From an uncultured Gemmatimonadales bacterium (GTDB lineage Bacteria > Gemmatimonadota > Gemmatimonadetes > Gemmatimonadales > GWC2-71-9), in assembly GCA_963821525.1 (NCBI GenBank), contig CAWGED010000003.1:64001-128000 (forward strand): a stretch of 64,000 nt of DNA, written 5' to 3'. The position numbers and the translations under genes are program-made. Numbering within the stretch: position 1 is the first letter of the stretch; each line of letters opens with the position of its first letter. Of this stretch, positions 34,081 through 46,059 are shown piece by piece. The notes under the pieces were generated by a model. The model saw only the letters and a list, made by a program, of their open reading frames with translations. It was not told the DNA's origin and did no database searches.

Positions 34081-35300
34081 GCAGCGACCTGAGCCCCGTC
34101 CGCACCTCGTCAACGAAAGAGTTCCGGCTGTTCCCAGGCCGCAAAGTGGCCGCCTTTCTCCACCTTGTTGTAATGGATCAGTTTGGGATACGCCCGCTCG
34201 GCCCAGCTCCGCGGAGCTGGATACAGCTCGTCAGGAAAGACGCTTACGGCAACCGGGATGGAGACGCCTTTGGCATTGAAATACCCTTTCCCCCAATACT
34301 CCCAGTAGAGACGGGCGCCAGAGAGCGCCGTGTTGGTCAACCAGGTGATCGTGATGTTGTCGAGGATGTCATCGCGCGTGAGGCCCTCAGACTGTCCGTC
34401 AAAGACGCGGGCGATGAGCTCGTAGCTGCGCGCGTCGTGGTCAAGGAAATAGGCCGCCAGGCCGACGGGTGAGTCCGCGATTCCGTACAATGTTTGCGGT
34501 CGCAGCCCCATCTGGAATCCATAGGCGATTCCCTTTTGATACACGAACTGCAGACGGTCGTAAGCGAGTTTCTCGTCGGCCGAGAGGCCCGATGGCGCCG
34601 GCGCCCCGGAAAAGGCCGCCCCATCAATCTCGGCTGGAAAGATGCCGGCCATGTTGGTGTGAATGCCGAGCAACTCCGGGGCTGCGTGTACGCCCATAAG
34701 ATCGGTGATGACCGCGCCCCAATCGCCGCCCTGCGCCACGAATTTCGTGTACCCGAGGCGCTTCATCAACACGACCCAGGCACGTGCGATGTGGTCGGGG
34801 CCCCACCCGGTCGTGGATGGTTTGCCCGAAAAGCCGTAGCCGGGGATCGAGGGAATTATCACGTCGAACGCGTCCGATGCGCTCCCGCCATGCTCGGTGG
34901 GATTGGTCAGCGGATCGATGATCTTCATCTGTTCGATGATCGAGCCGGGCCATCCGTGAGTAACGATCATAGGCAACGCATTGTCGTGTTTTGAACGGAC
35001 GTGAATGAAATGAATGTCCAGCCCATCGATCTCGGTCATGAAATTCGGCAGGGCAATCAGTTTTGCTTCGATCTTGCGCCAGTCGTAGTCTTCTGCCCAG
35101 TAACGGGCGAGTTTCTGCATCGTCGCCAGCTGGACACCTTGTGATTCATCCGTGACGGTCTCCCGTTCAGGCCACTTCGTCGCGTTGATACGGGTGCGCA
35201 ACTCGATAAGGTCCGCCTCCGGAACGGCGGTTACCTGAAACGGACGAACAGCGGCCTTCTCACTGGCCGTCTGTGGGGCAACTTCTGTAGTGGTAGCCAT
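34076..35300 (-). CDS. Epoxide hydrolase (EHN domain + alpha/beta hydrolase; frameshift near 34115)
   Basis: HGWPGS, SIPGYGFS, AQGGDWG nucleophile, GGHFAAWEQP; corrected end FVDEVRTGLRSLR*. Confidence 0.92.
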
Positions 35301-35645
35301 CGGTGCTTCTCCATAAAGCGAAGTGACAGGTACGTCTGGCCTAGTTACAAAGCCGATACGTGAAGGTTTCCTTTCTCGGTAGTGAGATGGTATTACTTGT
35401 GAGCGCTCGCTGGTTGCCAGGTTGTGGGCATGCCGCCAGGACGACGGGGACAAGCCGCCACCGGTGCACTTCTACCAATGAAAGAGTGATTGTTCTCACA
35501 CGGGGGCGCTCCCCTGTGCGTTACGTGCTCATCTGTACAGTCGCGAAGTGTCAGGCATTACCGGGCGAGCCGCGAAAGATGCACAGTACACGGGTGCCTC
35601 GATGGGGACTATTGGACGATGGTGCCATCGGGGAGGGACCAACCG

Positions 35646-35710
35646 CTGAAAACAAAGCGGCGTGGGATCTCTCCGACGCCCGCTCACCGCTTACCGCTCA
35701 CTGCTCACCG
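35646..35710 (-). terminator. Terminator hairpin plus CCGCTCA heptamer arm downstream of TonB receptor
   Basis: ctgaaaacaaagcggcgtgggatctctccgacgcccgctcaccgcttaccgctcac. Confidence 0.65.
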
Positions 35711-35712
35711 TA

Positions 35713-38502
35713 TTACCACCCCAGAATCATCTCCGCCCTCGTATACAGGAACCGTCCGTTATAACCAAACGGCGACGCAGCGGCCCAGGGGAAGGTGTTG
35801 TCGTTGTTGTTGAACTCCGCCTTCGGCTGGTCGGGATAAGTATCGAAAACGTTCCGAGCGCCGACCGAGAGATTCACCTGGTCGAAGCGATACCCGATCT
35901 CGAGGTCAACCAGGGTCTTGGACCCGTACTCCTCGCGATCGGTGAAGCTTGGCTGCGCCGAGGCGAAGCCGCCAAAGTAACTGACGCGTCCCAGGGTATG
36001 TACCCGCCCGGTGGAATAGTTGGCCTGCAGGGTGCCGCGCCAGTCGGGCCGTTCCTCCTCGATGCCAACCTGGGTCACGAGGTCCAGGACGCTGGTGTAA
36101 GTCGAGCCGGTACCCTGGAGAATGGCGGGGGGTGGATCGACGTGGGTGATCTTGTTCTTGGTGTAGTTCACGCCGAGGTTCAGATCCAGGCTCCCATTGC
36201 CGGTGGGCACCACCCAGTCGGCGGTGAAATCGACGCCGTCGGTCTTGGTGTCCAGCCCGTTGGTGAAGAACTGAACTCCCGCAATGTTGCCGAAGCCCGA
36301 GTCGGCAAGGATTTGTTGGGAGACGGCGTCATTGAACGTCGCGCCGAGCAGGATCCGATCGTTGATTGTGATGTGGAAGTAGTCTGCCGTGATCGTGAAG
36401 TTGTCGGCCGGCGTGAAGGCGAACCCGGCGCTGTAGTTGACCGAGGTCTCGTCCTTGAGCGGCTTGGCACCGAAGATCTGGGATGCCCGATTATTTACCG
36501 GGAAGTTCCCGATCTCCTGGAATTGCCCTCCGATGACGTTCGTCGTGACATGGCTGAAGAAGCTTTGGGCCAGGCCGGGTGCCCGGAACCCCGTGCTGGC
36601 CGCGCCCCGCAGCACGAACCGCTTGGTGGGCTGGTATCGCAAGGCCAGCTTGCCGGTGACCCGGTCGCCGAAGTCGCTGTAGTTCTCATACCGTCCGGCG
36701 ACATTGACCAGGAATTGCGACGTCAGGTTGGTTTCGAGGTCGAGATAGGCCCCAACATTCGCCCGGCTCTCGTCCGCCTCGTCTGCTGGCCGGAATCCGG
36801 CAAACACCGAGGAACCGCCCGGTGAGAGATCACCCGGAACGGCGACGCTGTCCTGCGCGGCGTGCCCCCCATTCACGTAAGAAGCGAATTCGCCCGCGTA
36901 AATGTTGTAGTACTCCCGCCGCCACGCCCCGCCGATGGCGAAGTTAAGCGGGTTGGGGAGACCCAGGTTGAGCGGCTTCGACAGGTTGAGCCCGACCAGG
37001 ACTTCGCTGCGCTGCAGCGAGCCGGCGTCGAACGAAGTCTGATTCGGGATGCCGGGGTCGTCCGCGTTACCCAGTATCCCGTCGGCTCCTGGAGCGGTGG
37101 GGATATCGAGACTGGGTCCCAGCGAAGGATTGTTGGTGTTGTCCAGATCGTAGTCGAACCGGTTTAGCCCCCAGGAGACCCCCGCGTCAGCCGCCCACCC
37201 GCCAATGCTGGTGCGAAAGCCACCCGCTGCTGAGTAATCGTTCACCTTGGGATGGAACTCCGGCAGGAATCCTTGGGGGTAGATCTCCTGCCAGTTGCGG
37301 CTGCTGTCGAAGTAGCGCCAGAAACCGTTGCCGGTCCCTCTCCGATAACTGTATCCGCCGAAGGCGTAGAACTCGGTGGTCCCGGCCTGGTTGAGCGGCA
37401 TCCGGAAGTTGGCGAACGTCATCACGTCCTTTTCCAGGCCATCGCCCCAGTGGTAGTTGGGCTGGGGGAGGGAATTCCGCTTCTCGATGATCTCCCCGTT
37501 CTTGGGGTCGATCAGGTCGCCAATACCCTGTTGGTTCACCAGGAAGGAGTCCGGCCAGGCCCGGTTGGTAGGGTCCCGGTGCTGATATTCACCGAACACG
37601 CTCAGTGAACCGCGACCGAGGCCGATCCCGACCCCGCCGTTGATGTTGGTGAAGGTGCCGTCATCGGGATAATCGTCGGTGACGTACTTTCCCGCGTCCA
37701 CATTGATGAACGGAGAGAATTTGCCCTCCTTCATCACGATGTTGACTACACCCGCAATGGCGTCGGAGCCGTACTGCGCCGAGGCGCCGTCCCGCAACAC
37801 CTCGATCCGCTCGATCGCCCCACCAGGGATTGCATTGAGATCGACACCCGACGATCCGGCGCCCATGCCGTAGGCGAAGGTGTTCAGCACCGCCATCTGA
37901 TGCCGCCGCCAGCCGTTGATCAGGACGAGCGTGTGGTCAGGACTCAAACCGCGCAGGGTGAAGGGCCGGACGATATCGTTCGCATCCGTGACGCTCTGCC
38001 GCGGGAAGTTGACCGAAGGGGAGAGCGACTGGAGAACCTGGCTGGTTTCGGTGGTGCCCTGCTGCTGGATATCTTCTGCAGTGTAAACGTCCACCGGGAC
38101 GGCGAGTTCCTCGGCCGCAGTGTGGCGGGCCCGAGAACCGACCACCACGTCAATCGGTGCCAGCTCGACCGGTGAACGGTTCATGGTGAAGTTCAGCGCC
38201 ACCACGTCAGCCTCGACGACGGTCACGCTGGAAGCGGCCTCGGCGAAACCGATCGCATGAACCGTCACTGTCACCTGCCGGGCCGGCACACTGTGGATGG
38301 TATAACGTCCTGAGGCCGTCGTTGTGGTGCCCAGGCTGGTGCGATCAACCGTGACGATCGCACCCACAATCGGCGCACCCGCGCTGTCCACCACCTGGCC
38401 CTGGATCGTCCCGGACTGTGCGGCAAGGCTAACGAGAGGCAGGCACAGGAGTGCAGCGACCAGGCCGAGTCGAAAGGATTGTCGGACGAGAGATGGCGAC
38501 AT
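35713..38502 (-). CDS. TonB-dependent receptor with N-terminal carboxypeptidase-regulatory-like domain
   Basis: Signal peptide, plug motif IERIEVLRDGASAQYGSDAIAGVVNIV, NVFDTYP, terminal Trp. Confidence 0.93.
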   Translation of the reverse strand: MSPSLVRQSFRLGLVAALLCLPLVSLAAQSGTIQGQVVDSAGAPIVGAIVTVDRTSLGTTTTASGRYTIHSVPARQVTVTVHAIGFAEAASSVTVVEADVVALNFTMNRSPVELAPIDVVVGSRARHTAAEELAVPVDVYTAEDIQQQGTTETSQVLQSLSPSVNFPRQSVTDANDIVRPFTLRGLSPDHTLVLINGWRRHQMAVLNTFAYGMGAGSSGVDLNAIPGGAIERIEVLRDGASAQYGSDAIAGVVNIVMKEGKFSPFINVDAGKYVTDDYPDDGTFTNINGGVGIGLGRGSLSVFGEYQHRDPTNRAWPDSFLVNQQGIGDLIDPKNGEIIEKRNSLPQPNYHWGDGLEKDVMTFANFRMPLNQAGTTEFYAFGGYSYRRGTGNGFWRYFDSSRNWQEIYPQGFLPEFHPKVNDYSAAGGFRTSIGGWAADAGVSWGLNRFDYDLDNTNNPSLGPSLDIPTAPGADGILGNADDPGIPNQTSFDAGSLQRSEVLVGLNLSKPLNLGLPNPLNFAIGGAWRREYYNIYAGEFASYVNGGHAAQDSVAVPGDLSPGGSSVFAGFRPADEADESRANVGAYLDLETNLTSQFLVNVAGRYENYSDFGDRVTGKLALRYQPTKRFVLRGAASTGFRAPGLAQSFFSHVTTNVIGGQFQEIGNFPVNNRASQIFGAKPLKDETSVNYSAGFAFTPADNFTITADYFHITINDRILLGATFNDAVSQQILADSGFGNIAGVQFFTNGLDTKTDGVDFTADWVVPTGNGSLDLNLGVNYTKNKITHVDPPPAILQGTGSTYTSVLDLVTQVGIEEERPDWRGTLQANYSTGRVHTLGRVSYFGGFASAQPSFTDREEYGSKTLVDLEIGYRFDQVNLSVGARNVFDTYPDQPKAEFNNNDNTFPWAAASPFGYNGRFLYTRAEMILGW

Positions 38503-38617
38503 CGAACCCTCCGGAGTGGGTGGGCGAGTCTATGTTGTTCTGGCAGAGTGCGGCAGGGGTGCTTCGCGAGGATACGGCGCAATCGGTCGTCCGTCAAGCA
38601 AGCCCCATCGCTGACCG

Positions 38618-39214
38618 ATGACCCTCGAGCAATTCCTGTCCCAGTACGGGCTCATCGCCCTGTTCCTCCTCGCCACCGTCGAAGGCGATGCCAGCCTCAT
38701 TCTCGCGGGGATGCTGGCCCATCGTGGCGTGCTCTCGTTGCCAGCCGTCATTATCGCGGGAGCAGCAGGAAACTTCGTGGGAGACTGCGCCTGGTATTTC
38801 CTCGGACGGCAGGCCCGGGCCCGATTGCGCGACAGCGCGATATATCGCCGTGCCGGCCCCTGGATCGAGCGAGTCGCCTCGCGCCTTGGCAGCTGGCAAC
38901 TCCTGCTCGCCCGCGTGGTGTATGGCACCCGCAATGCGAGTATGGTCTTCTGGGGCCAGGCCCACCTCCCCTTTCAGCGCTTCGCCCTCACCGACCTGCT
39001 GGGCTGTTTCCTCGCCTCGACAGGGTTCGCCTTGCTGGGATACCTGACCAGTCAGGGCGTGGAACACCTGCTGGGCCAGGTCAGGCGACTCGAGGTCGGG
39101 TTGCTGATCACGCTGGTCATTGCAGCTGTGGTCATCGCCTTCATGACTTGGGAGGTAAAGCGGGCGAGCGACAAGACCGATCCCCCGGAGGCCGGCCCTG
39201 CCGGGGGTGGCTAA
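38618..39214 (+). CDS. DedA-family membrane protein
   Basis: YGLIALFLLATVEGD, GNFVGD..WYFLGR, ARVVYGTR. Confidence 0.85.
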   Translation: MTLEQFLSQYGLIALFLLATVEGDASLILAGMLAHRGVLSLPAVIIAGAAGNFVGDCAWYFLGRQARARLRDSAIYRRAGPWIERVASRLGSWQLLLARVVYGTRNASMVFWGQAHLPFQRFALTDLLGCFLASTGFALLGYLTSQGVEHLLGQVRRLEVGLLITLVIAAVVIAFMTWEVKRASDKTDPPEAGPAGGG

Positions 39215-39226
39215 CTGCTTGCTAAC

Positions 39227-40303
39227 ATGCGAACTTACAACATGGCCCAAGGCGATCAGGTCGCTGCACTGCGGGGCGGGAATGTGCCGGTGCTGGCCCG
39301 GGCGATCTCCCAGGTGGAGAACGGCCGTGCTGGATTCGAGGCGCTGCTTTCCGCGATTCATCCCACCCTCGGCCATGCTCGACGGATTGGCATCACCGGG
39401 CCCCCGGGAGCCGGGAAATCCACCCTGACCGAGCGGCTGGTGCAGGTGTTGCGGGCCAAGGGACACACCGTGGCGGTGGTCGCCGTCGATCCAACCAGTC
39501 CATTCACCGGTGGCGCATTACTGGGCGACCGAATCCGGATGGAGTCCGTGGCGCTGGATCCCGGGGTCTACATCCGGTCCATGGCCACGCGCGGCTCGCT
39601 CGGCGGACTCGCCACCACCACGCGCGAAGTCTGCGATGTGCTGGATGCGGCGGGGTTCGACCGGATTCTCATCGAGACGGTCGGTGTAGGCCAATCGGAA
39701 CTCGACGTTGGCCGCTCGGCCGACACCACGGTGCTCGTGCTGGTGCCAGAATCGGGAGACGGGATTCAGACCCTCAAGTCGGGCGTGATGGAGATCGGCG
39801 ACGTCTTCGTGGTCAACAAGTCGGATCGTCCGGGCGCTGATCGCCTGCGCCAGGAGATCGAGATCACGTTGGGCATTCGAGCAGGGAACGCGTACCGGCA
39901 CGTGAAGGCACATCACGGGGTCAGGGCGGGCAAGCACGCACCGGGCGGACGCGAGGGGGCGATCGGGACGGACAGGGCGGGCGAGACCAGCGCGGACTGG
40001 GCGCACCCCGTACTCGGAACCGTCGCCTCGAAGGGTGAAGGGATCGAAGTGCTGGCCGACGCGCTTGATGGTCATCACCAGTGGCTCACCGAGACCGGTG
40101 AATTGGGTGACCGTCGCCGGCGCCGCCTGGTCGAACGCACCCGGGAAGTCGTGGATCGCGCGTCCCGGCAGTGGATCTGGCAGGAGACGGCCGCCGAGCA
40201 AATGATCAATGACCGGCTCGACGACCTCGCCGCCGGGCGCACCAGTCCTTACGAAGTAGCTGTCGAAGTGCTGGACGGGCTCAAACAGGGGACAAGGGTA
40301 TGA
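39227..40303 (+). CDS. meaB: Acyl-CoA mutase-associated GTPase chaperone
   Basis: [47 protein letters not shown]. Confidence 0.93.
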   Translation: MRTYNMAQGDQVAALRGGNVPVLARAISQVENGRAGFEALLSAIHPTLGHARRIGITGPPGAGKSTLTERLVQVLRAKGHTVAVVAVDPTSPFTGGALLGDRIRMESVALDPGVYIRSMATRGSLGGLATTTREVCDVLDAAGFDRILIETVGVGQSELDVGRSADTTVLVLVPESGDGIQTLKSGVMEIGDVFVVNKSDRPGADRLRQEIEITLGIRAGNAYRHVKAHHGVRAGKHAPGGREGAIGTDRAGETSADWAHPVLGTVASKGEGIEVLADALDGHHQWLTETGELGDRRRRRLVERTREVVDRASRQWIWQETAAEQMINDRLDDLAAGRTSPYEVAVEVLDGLKQGTRV

Positions 40304-42020
40304 CCACGTTCGACGCCGACCTCTCGATGCGTCACATGGCTGACCGGCTCGAGACTCAGGAACGGGAGCTCGAGGAGCTGCGAGCCGAATTGCGCGCCTG
40401 GCGGGAACAGGTCGCCAAGCTGCCGATGCGAGAGGACGTGGACTTCACTTCGGTCTCCGGCCGCAATGTGGAGCCGGTCTACACCGCACTCGATCTCGAC
40501 CCCCACAGCGTCAGCTCGACTACGCTGCCGGGAGATTATCCCTACACCCGCGGCATCCATCCCACGATGTACCGGGGCCGGCTCTGGACCATGCGGCAGT
40601 TCGCCGGGTTCGGCACGGCGCGAGGACACCAACGAGCGCTACAAGTTCCTGCTGGCTCACGGGCAGACCGGACTCTCGGTGGCGTTCGACTTCCCAACGC
40701 TGATGGGCTACGACTCGGACCATCCGCGGTCCGAGGGAGAAGTCGGCAAGTGCGGCGTCGCGATTTCCAGCGCCCAGGACATGGAGACCCTCTTCGACGG
40801 CATCCCGCTCGACAAGGTCTCCACCTCGATGACGATCAACGGTCCCGCCGCGATGCTCTTCTGCTTCTACGTCGCGGCGGCGGAGCATCAGGGGGTGGAC
40901 ATCGCGAAGCTCCAGGGCACGATCCAGAACGACATGCTGAAGGAATACATGGCGCAGCATGCCTGGATCTTCCCGGTCGGAGCCGGCGCTCAAGGTCATC
41001 GTGGACATGTTCGAGTGGGCGTCCACCAATACGCCGAATTGGAATACCATCTCCATCTCGGGCTACCATATCCGGGAAGCCGGCTCCACCGCGGCCCAGG
41101 AGCTGGCCTTCACGCTCGCCAACGGCTTCAGCTACGTGGAGCACGGAGTGGCGCGGGGGCTCGACGTGGATTCCTTCGCGCCGAGGCTCTCGTTCTTCTG
41201 GGACGTGCACAACGACTTCTTCGAGGAAGTCGCCAAGATGCGCGCCGCGCGGCGGATCTGGGCCCGCACCATGCGGCAGAACGCTACGGGGCGCAAGAAT
41301 CCCCGGAGCTGGCAGATGCGCTTCCACTGCCAGACCGCGGGCGTGACGCTCACCGCGCAGCAGCCGCTCAACAACGTCGTTCGCGTCGCCTACCAGGCGC
41401 TCGCCGCCGTGCTGGGCGGGACCCAGTCGCTGCACACCAACGCCCTCGATGAGACGCTGGCGCTTCCCACCGAGGAGTCGGTCCGGGTCGCGCTGCGCAC
41501 CCAGCAGATCCTCGCCTACGAAACCGGCGTTCCCAACGTCGCGGACCCGCTGGGCGGGTCTTACTACATCGAGGCGCTGACCGACGGGCTGGAGCGCGAG
41601 GCCGACGGGTTGTTCGCCGAGATCGAGGCGCAGGGCGGGGTGGTCCCGGCGATCGAGTCGGGGTGGTTCCAGCGGCAGATCGCCCAGTCCGCCTCGCGCT
41701 TCCAGGACGAAGTCGAGAAGGGACGCAAAGTGGTGGTTGGACTGAACATGTTTACCGGGGAAGACGAGGCGGCGCCGGAGATTCTCAAGATTGGCGAGCA
41801 AGCCGAGCGGTCTCAGCGGGAACGGATGGCGAAGCTGCGGGCAACTCGGGACACCAACGCGGTCGATCAGAAACTCGAGGCTCTGAGAGCCGCCGCGGCC
41901 TCCGATCAGAACATCATCCCGGCGATGCTGGACTGCGCCCGGGCCTATTGCACTCTCTACGAAATCCGCCACGTTCTGGAAACGGTGTACGGGACGTATC
42001 GCGAGCCGGTGTTTTTTTAG
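40300..42020 (+). CDS. icmA: B12-dependent acyl-CoA mutase large subunit with isobutyryl-CoA mutase residues (frameshifts near 40620, 40980)
   Basis: [20 protein letters not shown] (Phe), [17 protein letters not shown] (Gln), [17 protein letters not shown]; family certain, substrate inferred. Confidence 0.75.
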
Positions 42021-42105
42021 GAGTCGAGAGTCTAGAGTCTAGAGTCGAGAGTCTGAGTCCGCCAAGCATTGACTCGAGACTCCAGACTCTAGACTCCAGA
42101 CTCCT
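42021..42105. repeat. Heptamer-arm inverted repeat (GAGTCNA / AGACTCY)
   Basis: gagtcgagagtctagagtctagagtcgagagtc ... gactcgagactccagactctagactccagactc. Confidence 0.88.
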
Positions 42106-42114
42106 CACCAAACC

Positions 42115-43268
42115 ATGAACGACCAACAAATCGCCAAGACTCTCGCCCGTCTCACCAGGCTGAAGACGGACGATCATCGGATAGTCACCTGCTACCTGAA
42201 GCTGGAACTGAGCGATCGGTCGCGGGGCAAGTATCTGATCAAGCTGAAGAACCGGGTGAAGCGGGCCGAGGCGGCGTTGCCGGAGATCGGCCTCTCCCGC
42301 ACGGTGCAGCAGGAAGTCCAGGACGACCTCCAGCGCATCATGGAGCACCTGCGGGAACCGGCCCGCCTCCCCTCGACTCACGGCGTCGCCATTTTCGGCT
42401 GCAAGGCGCTCAAGCTCTTCGAAATACTGCCGCTGCCCGCGGTGCATCGCTCACGGCTCGGCGTGGATCGTACGGCGCTGGTTCGGGAGCTGGCGTCGGC
42501 CGAGGATGAATTCGGCACCCTGTTGACCGCGGTGGTGGATCGCACGACCGCGCGATTCTTCCAGGTCACCGCGTTCGGAGCCGAGGAGTTGCCGAGCCTC
42601 GAGGCGGTACGCGCAGGCGGAGTCCCAAGTTCCGGAGTCACGAGGGCCCCCCGGGCATGGGAGAGCGAGCCTGGAACAACCGGATCCGCAACGAGCGCCA
42701 GCGCCATTACGAAGCCGTGGCGCAACGTCTCTTCGATCTGCACCGGAAGCATCCGGTTCACGGCATCGTGCTGGCGGGTCGGAGCGACGCGCAGGCGGTC
42801 GAGGACTTCCTCCATCCGTACCTGGTCGAGCGGCTGATGGGATCGGTCCAGCTCGATCCGAAGGACGCGGCGCCGTCGGTGGTTCACGAGGCCACCCTGG
42901 CAGTGCGGGAGGCATTCGAGCGCGCCGCCGAGCGCGAGGCCGCGCACGACCTTTCCGAGGGACTGGGAAACGGCTGGGCGGTCAACGGATTGGACGAGAG
43001 CCTCCTCGCCCTATCCAAGGGTCAGGTGCGAACCCTGCTCGTCGACGCGGAAGCCGGCGGTCCGGGATACCGCGGCGCCCAGTCGGGACGGCTGGTGAGT
43101 GAGCCCGACCAGCTCCTTCGCGGTGAAGGTGACCCGGTTCCGGTGATCGACCTCGTGGACGAGGCGATCGAAGACGCGCTGCGCCAGCGGGTCAAGGTCG
43201 AGGTGGTGTACGATGGCGAGGCCCGCCGTGCCGTGAACGGGCTGGCCGGGTTGCTCAGGTTCCGGTGA
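42115..43268 (+). CDS. Bacterial aeRF1/Pelota-like protein (baeRF family; frameshift near 42620)
   Basis: N domain HGVAIF, middle domain [11 protein letters not shown]...GIVLAG, C domain AVNGL...GQVRTLLV...[13 protein letters not shown]...GLAGLLRF. Confidence 0.75.
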
Positions 43269-43951
43269 AGATCGCAGCGGTCCTGTTCGACGCCGGGAAT
43301 ACCCTGCTGTTCCTCGACTACGAGCGCCTGGCCCGCGAGGTCGGCGCCGCGGTCGGGGTGCCGCTCACAGCACAGGGCCTCGAGGCTCAGTCCGGCGAGG
43401 CGGCGCTCCAACTGGAACGGTCGGATACGTCGGATCACGACCGGGCCACCCGCTACCTCGAGAGTCTCTTCCTCCTGGCCGGCGTGCCTCGGGAGAAGCT
43501 GGGGTTGGTGCGGGACACCCTGCTGCGCCTGCACGGCGAGCGCCATCTGTGGAGCGCCATGCATCCCGGTACTCCCGCGGCACTCGCCCGGATGAGACAG
43601 GCCGGTCTCCGCCTCGGCGTCGTGTCCAACAGCGACGGACGAGTCGAAGAGGCTCTCGCTGCGGCGGGGATTCGAGCCGACTTCGAGGTGATCGTGGACT
43701 CGCGGCTCGTGGGGTTCGAGAAGCCGGACCCGCGGATCTTTCAGGCCGCGCTCGAGCCGCTGGGCATCGCACCGGAAGGTGTCCTCTACGTCGGCGACAT
43801 TTACGAAGTGGATGTGGTCGGCGCCCGGCGGGCCGGCATGGATGTGGTACTGCTCGATCCGGCCGGCAACCACGCCGGGCGCGACGTGCAGACTGCCCCC
43901 AGCATCGCGGCCGTGGCCGATCTGATTCTGTCCCTCACCCCCGAGCCCTGA
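43265..43951 (+). CDS. HAD-family hydrolase
   Basis: [34 protein letters not shown]. Confidence 0.88.
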   Translation: MKIAAVLFDAGNTLLFLDYERLAREVGAAVGVPLTAQGLEAQSGEAALQLERSDTSDHDRATRYLESLFLLAGVPREKLGLVRDTLLRLHGERHLWSAMHPGTPAALARMRQAGLRLGVVSNSDGRVEEALAAAGIRADFEVIVDSRLVGFEKPDPRIFQAALEPLGIAPEGVLYVGDIYEVDVVGARRAGMDVVLLDPAGNHAGRDVQTAPSIAAVADLILSLTPEP

Positions 43952-43962
43952 CTCGAGCACTC

Positions 43963-44397
43963 ATGTTCGCCACTCTGAACAGGAAGTCCCCGGCCCGCCC
44001 GATTCGCGTGCTCGTAGCGAAGCCCGGCCTGGATGGCCACGATCGCGGAGCCAAGGTGGTGGCCGCGGCGTTGCGAGACGCCGGCATGGAGGTGATCTAC
44101 ACCGGGCTGCACCAGACTCCCGAGATGATCGCCAGCGCGGCGATTCAGGAAGACGTGGACGTGGTCGGCCTCTCGATTCTCTCGGGGGCGCACATGACGC
44201 TCTTTCCCCGGGTGCGCAAGCTGCTCGTTGACCAGGGTCGCGGCGATATCCTGGTGACCGGCGGAGGGATCATCCCGCAGGAAGACATGGATGCTCTCGA
44301 AAAAGGGGGGATGGGCCGCCTGTTCGGACCCGGCACCCCGACCTCGGATCTCGTCAGCTACATCCAGTCCTGGGCCGCGGAAAACCTCCAGGACTGA
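43963..44397 (+). CDS. Cobalamin-binding small subunit of acyl-CoA mutase
   Basis: [13 protein letters not shown] (DxHxxG), [19 protein letters not shown]. Confidence 0.93.
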   Translation: MFATLNRKSPARPIRVLVAKPGLDGHDRGAKVVAAALRDAGMEVIYTGLHQTPEMIASAAIQEDVDVVGLSILSGAHMTLFPRVRKLLVDQGRGDILVTGGGIIPQEDMDALEKGGMGRLFGPGTPTSDLVSYIQSWAAENLQD

Positions 44398-44401
44398 CCC
44401 G

Positions 44402-46049
44402 GTGACCGCCTCCAAGTCCGTCCCCCGAACTTCTCGTCTGCGTACCCTGAGCGATGAGTACCTCGCCCTCGCCGCCAAGCTGCGGCAGGGCGGGGGAGCC
44501 AAGCGCATCGCGAAGATGCACGAGAAGGGTCAGCTGGCGCCGCGCGAGCGAGTCGAAAAGCTGCTGGATGCGGGAAGCCCGTGGCTCGAGATCGGACTCC
44601 TCATCGCCTACGACCAGTACGATGGTCAGGCGCCCGCCGCCGGAGTCATCACCGGGCTCGGCGTAGTCGAGGGACGCGAAGTCGTCGTGGTCGCGAACGA
44701 TGCGACCGTGAAGGCCGGCTCCTGGTGGCCCGAAACCATCCGCAAGATCGTCCGCGCCCAGGAAATCGCGATGCGCCAGCGGATCCCCATCATCTATCTG
44801 GTGGACTCCGCCGGCGTGAATCTGCCGTATCAGGGCGGGGTCTTTCCGGGGCAGTATGGCGCCGCTCGCATCTTCCACTACAACTCGATCATGCGGCGCT
44901 ATCTCCACGTGCCGCAGATCAGCGCGGTGATGGGGAGCTGCATCGCCGGCGGCGCGTACCTGCCGGCGTTGTCCGACGTCATCTTCATGGTGGACGGTAC
45001 CAGCTTCATGGGACTGGGCGGCCCGAACCTGGTCAAGGGCGCTACGGGTCAGACGGTGGATGCCGAATCGCTGGGCGGTGCCCGGATGCATACCGAGGTG
45101 AGTGCCGTGGCGCATTACCTCGCGGCGAACGACACCGAGTGCCTGGCGAAGATCCGGGAGTATGTCGGCCGGCTGCCCCGCCATGAGGGAGTGCAGCACC
45201 GTCTGAGGAAGACGAAAGCGCCGGCGCGTCCGCCCGCCGATCTCTACGATCTGCTGCCCCACGACCACCGCATGTCGTACGACATGACGGCGCGTGCTCT
45301 CCTGCCTTCTGGATGGCGGAGCGCTGGAACAGTTCCAGCCGGGTGTCGCGGCCGAGATCATCTGCGGCCACGGGCACATCGAGGGTCGTCCCGTCGCGGT
45401 CCTCACCAATGGGCGCGGGATCATCAAAGGCAAAGCCGGCGAGCGGCCGAAGTTCGGCGGTATCATCTACACCGAGAGCGCCGAGAAGGCTGCCTTCTTC
45501 ATCGAGACGGCGAGCCGCGAGCGGCTGCCGATGCTCTTCGTGCAGGATGTGAGCGGGTTCATGGTCGGTCCCGAGGCAGAGCAGTCAGGGATCATTCGGG
45601 CGGGCGCGCGCTTCGTCGAGGCGATGGCCACCGCGGTGGTGCCCAAGATCGTGCTCACCATCAATCACGCCTCCGGCGCCGGCTACTACGCGATGGCAGG
45701 GCAGGGGTTCGATCCCGATTTCATCCTGAGCTGGCCCACCGGCCGCATGGCGGTCATGGAAGGCGAGTCTGCCGTCGAGGCGGTGCACGGACCGGAACTG
45801 ACCAAGGCGCGTGCCGCCAAAGGCGCCCCGCCGCCCGAGGTGCAGGCCTCGGTGGATGCGATGCGCGCCGACTACGAGCATCAGCTCGACGCCAAATACG
45901 CCGGCGCCCGGGGCTACGTGGACGCGATCGTCACCGCGGATGAGACCCGAGACCAGCTTGCCTTTCTGCTCCGCGTAACCAGCAACTACGCCGGCCCGCA
46001 TCTCGGGCCCTTCGTACTCGATCCTCTCGACCTGGCGCTTCCCCGGTAA
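44402..46049 (+). CDS. Acyl-CoA carboxylase carboxyltransferase subunit (MCC/geranyl-CoA carboxylase beta-like; frameshift near 45290)
   Basis: ANDATVKAGS, YLVDSAG, GSCIAGGAY, GGPNLVKGATG, QDVSGFMVG, SGAGYYAM. Confidence 0.88.
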
Positions 46050-46059
46050 CGGCAACGAC

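Noticed and set aside
33669..35710. Integron attC cassette array
   Set aside because: No RYYYAAC/GTTRRRY cores and no integrase; the repeats look like terminators
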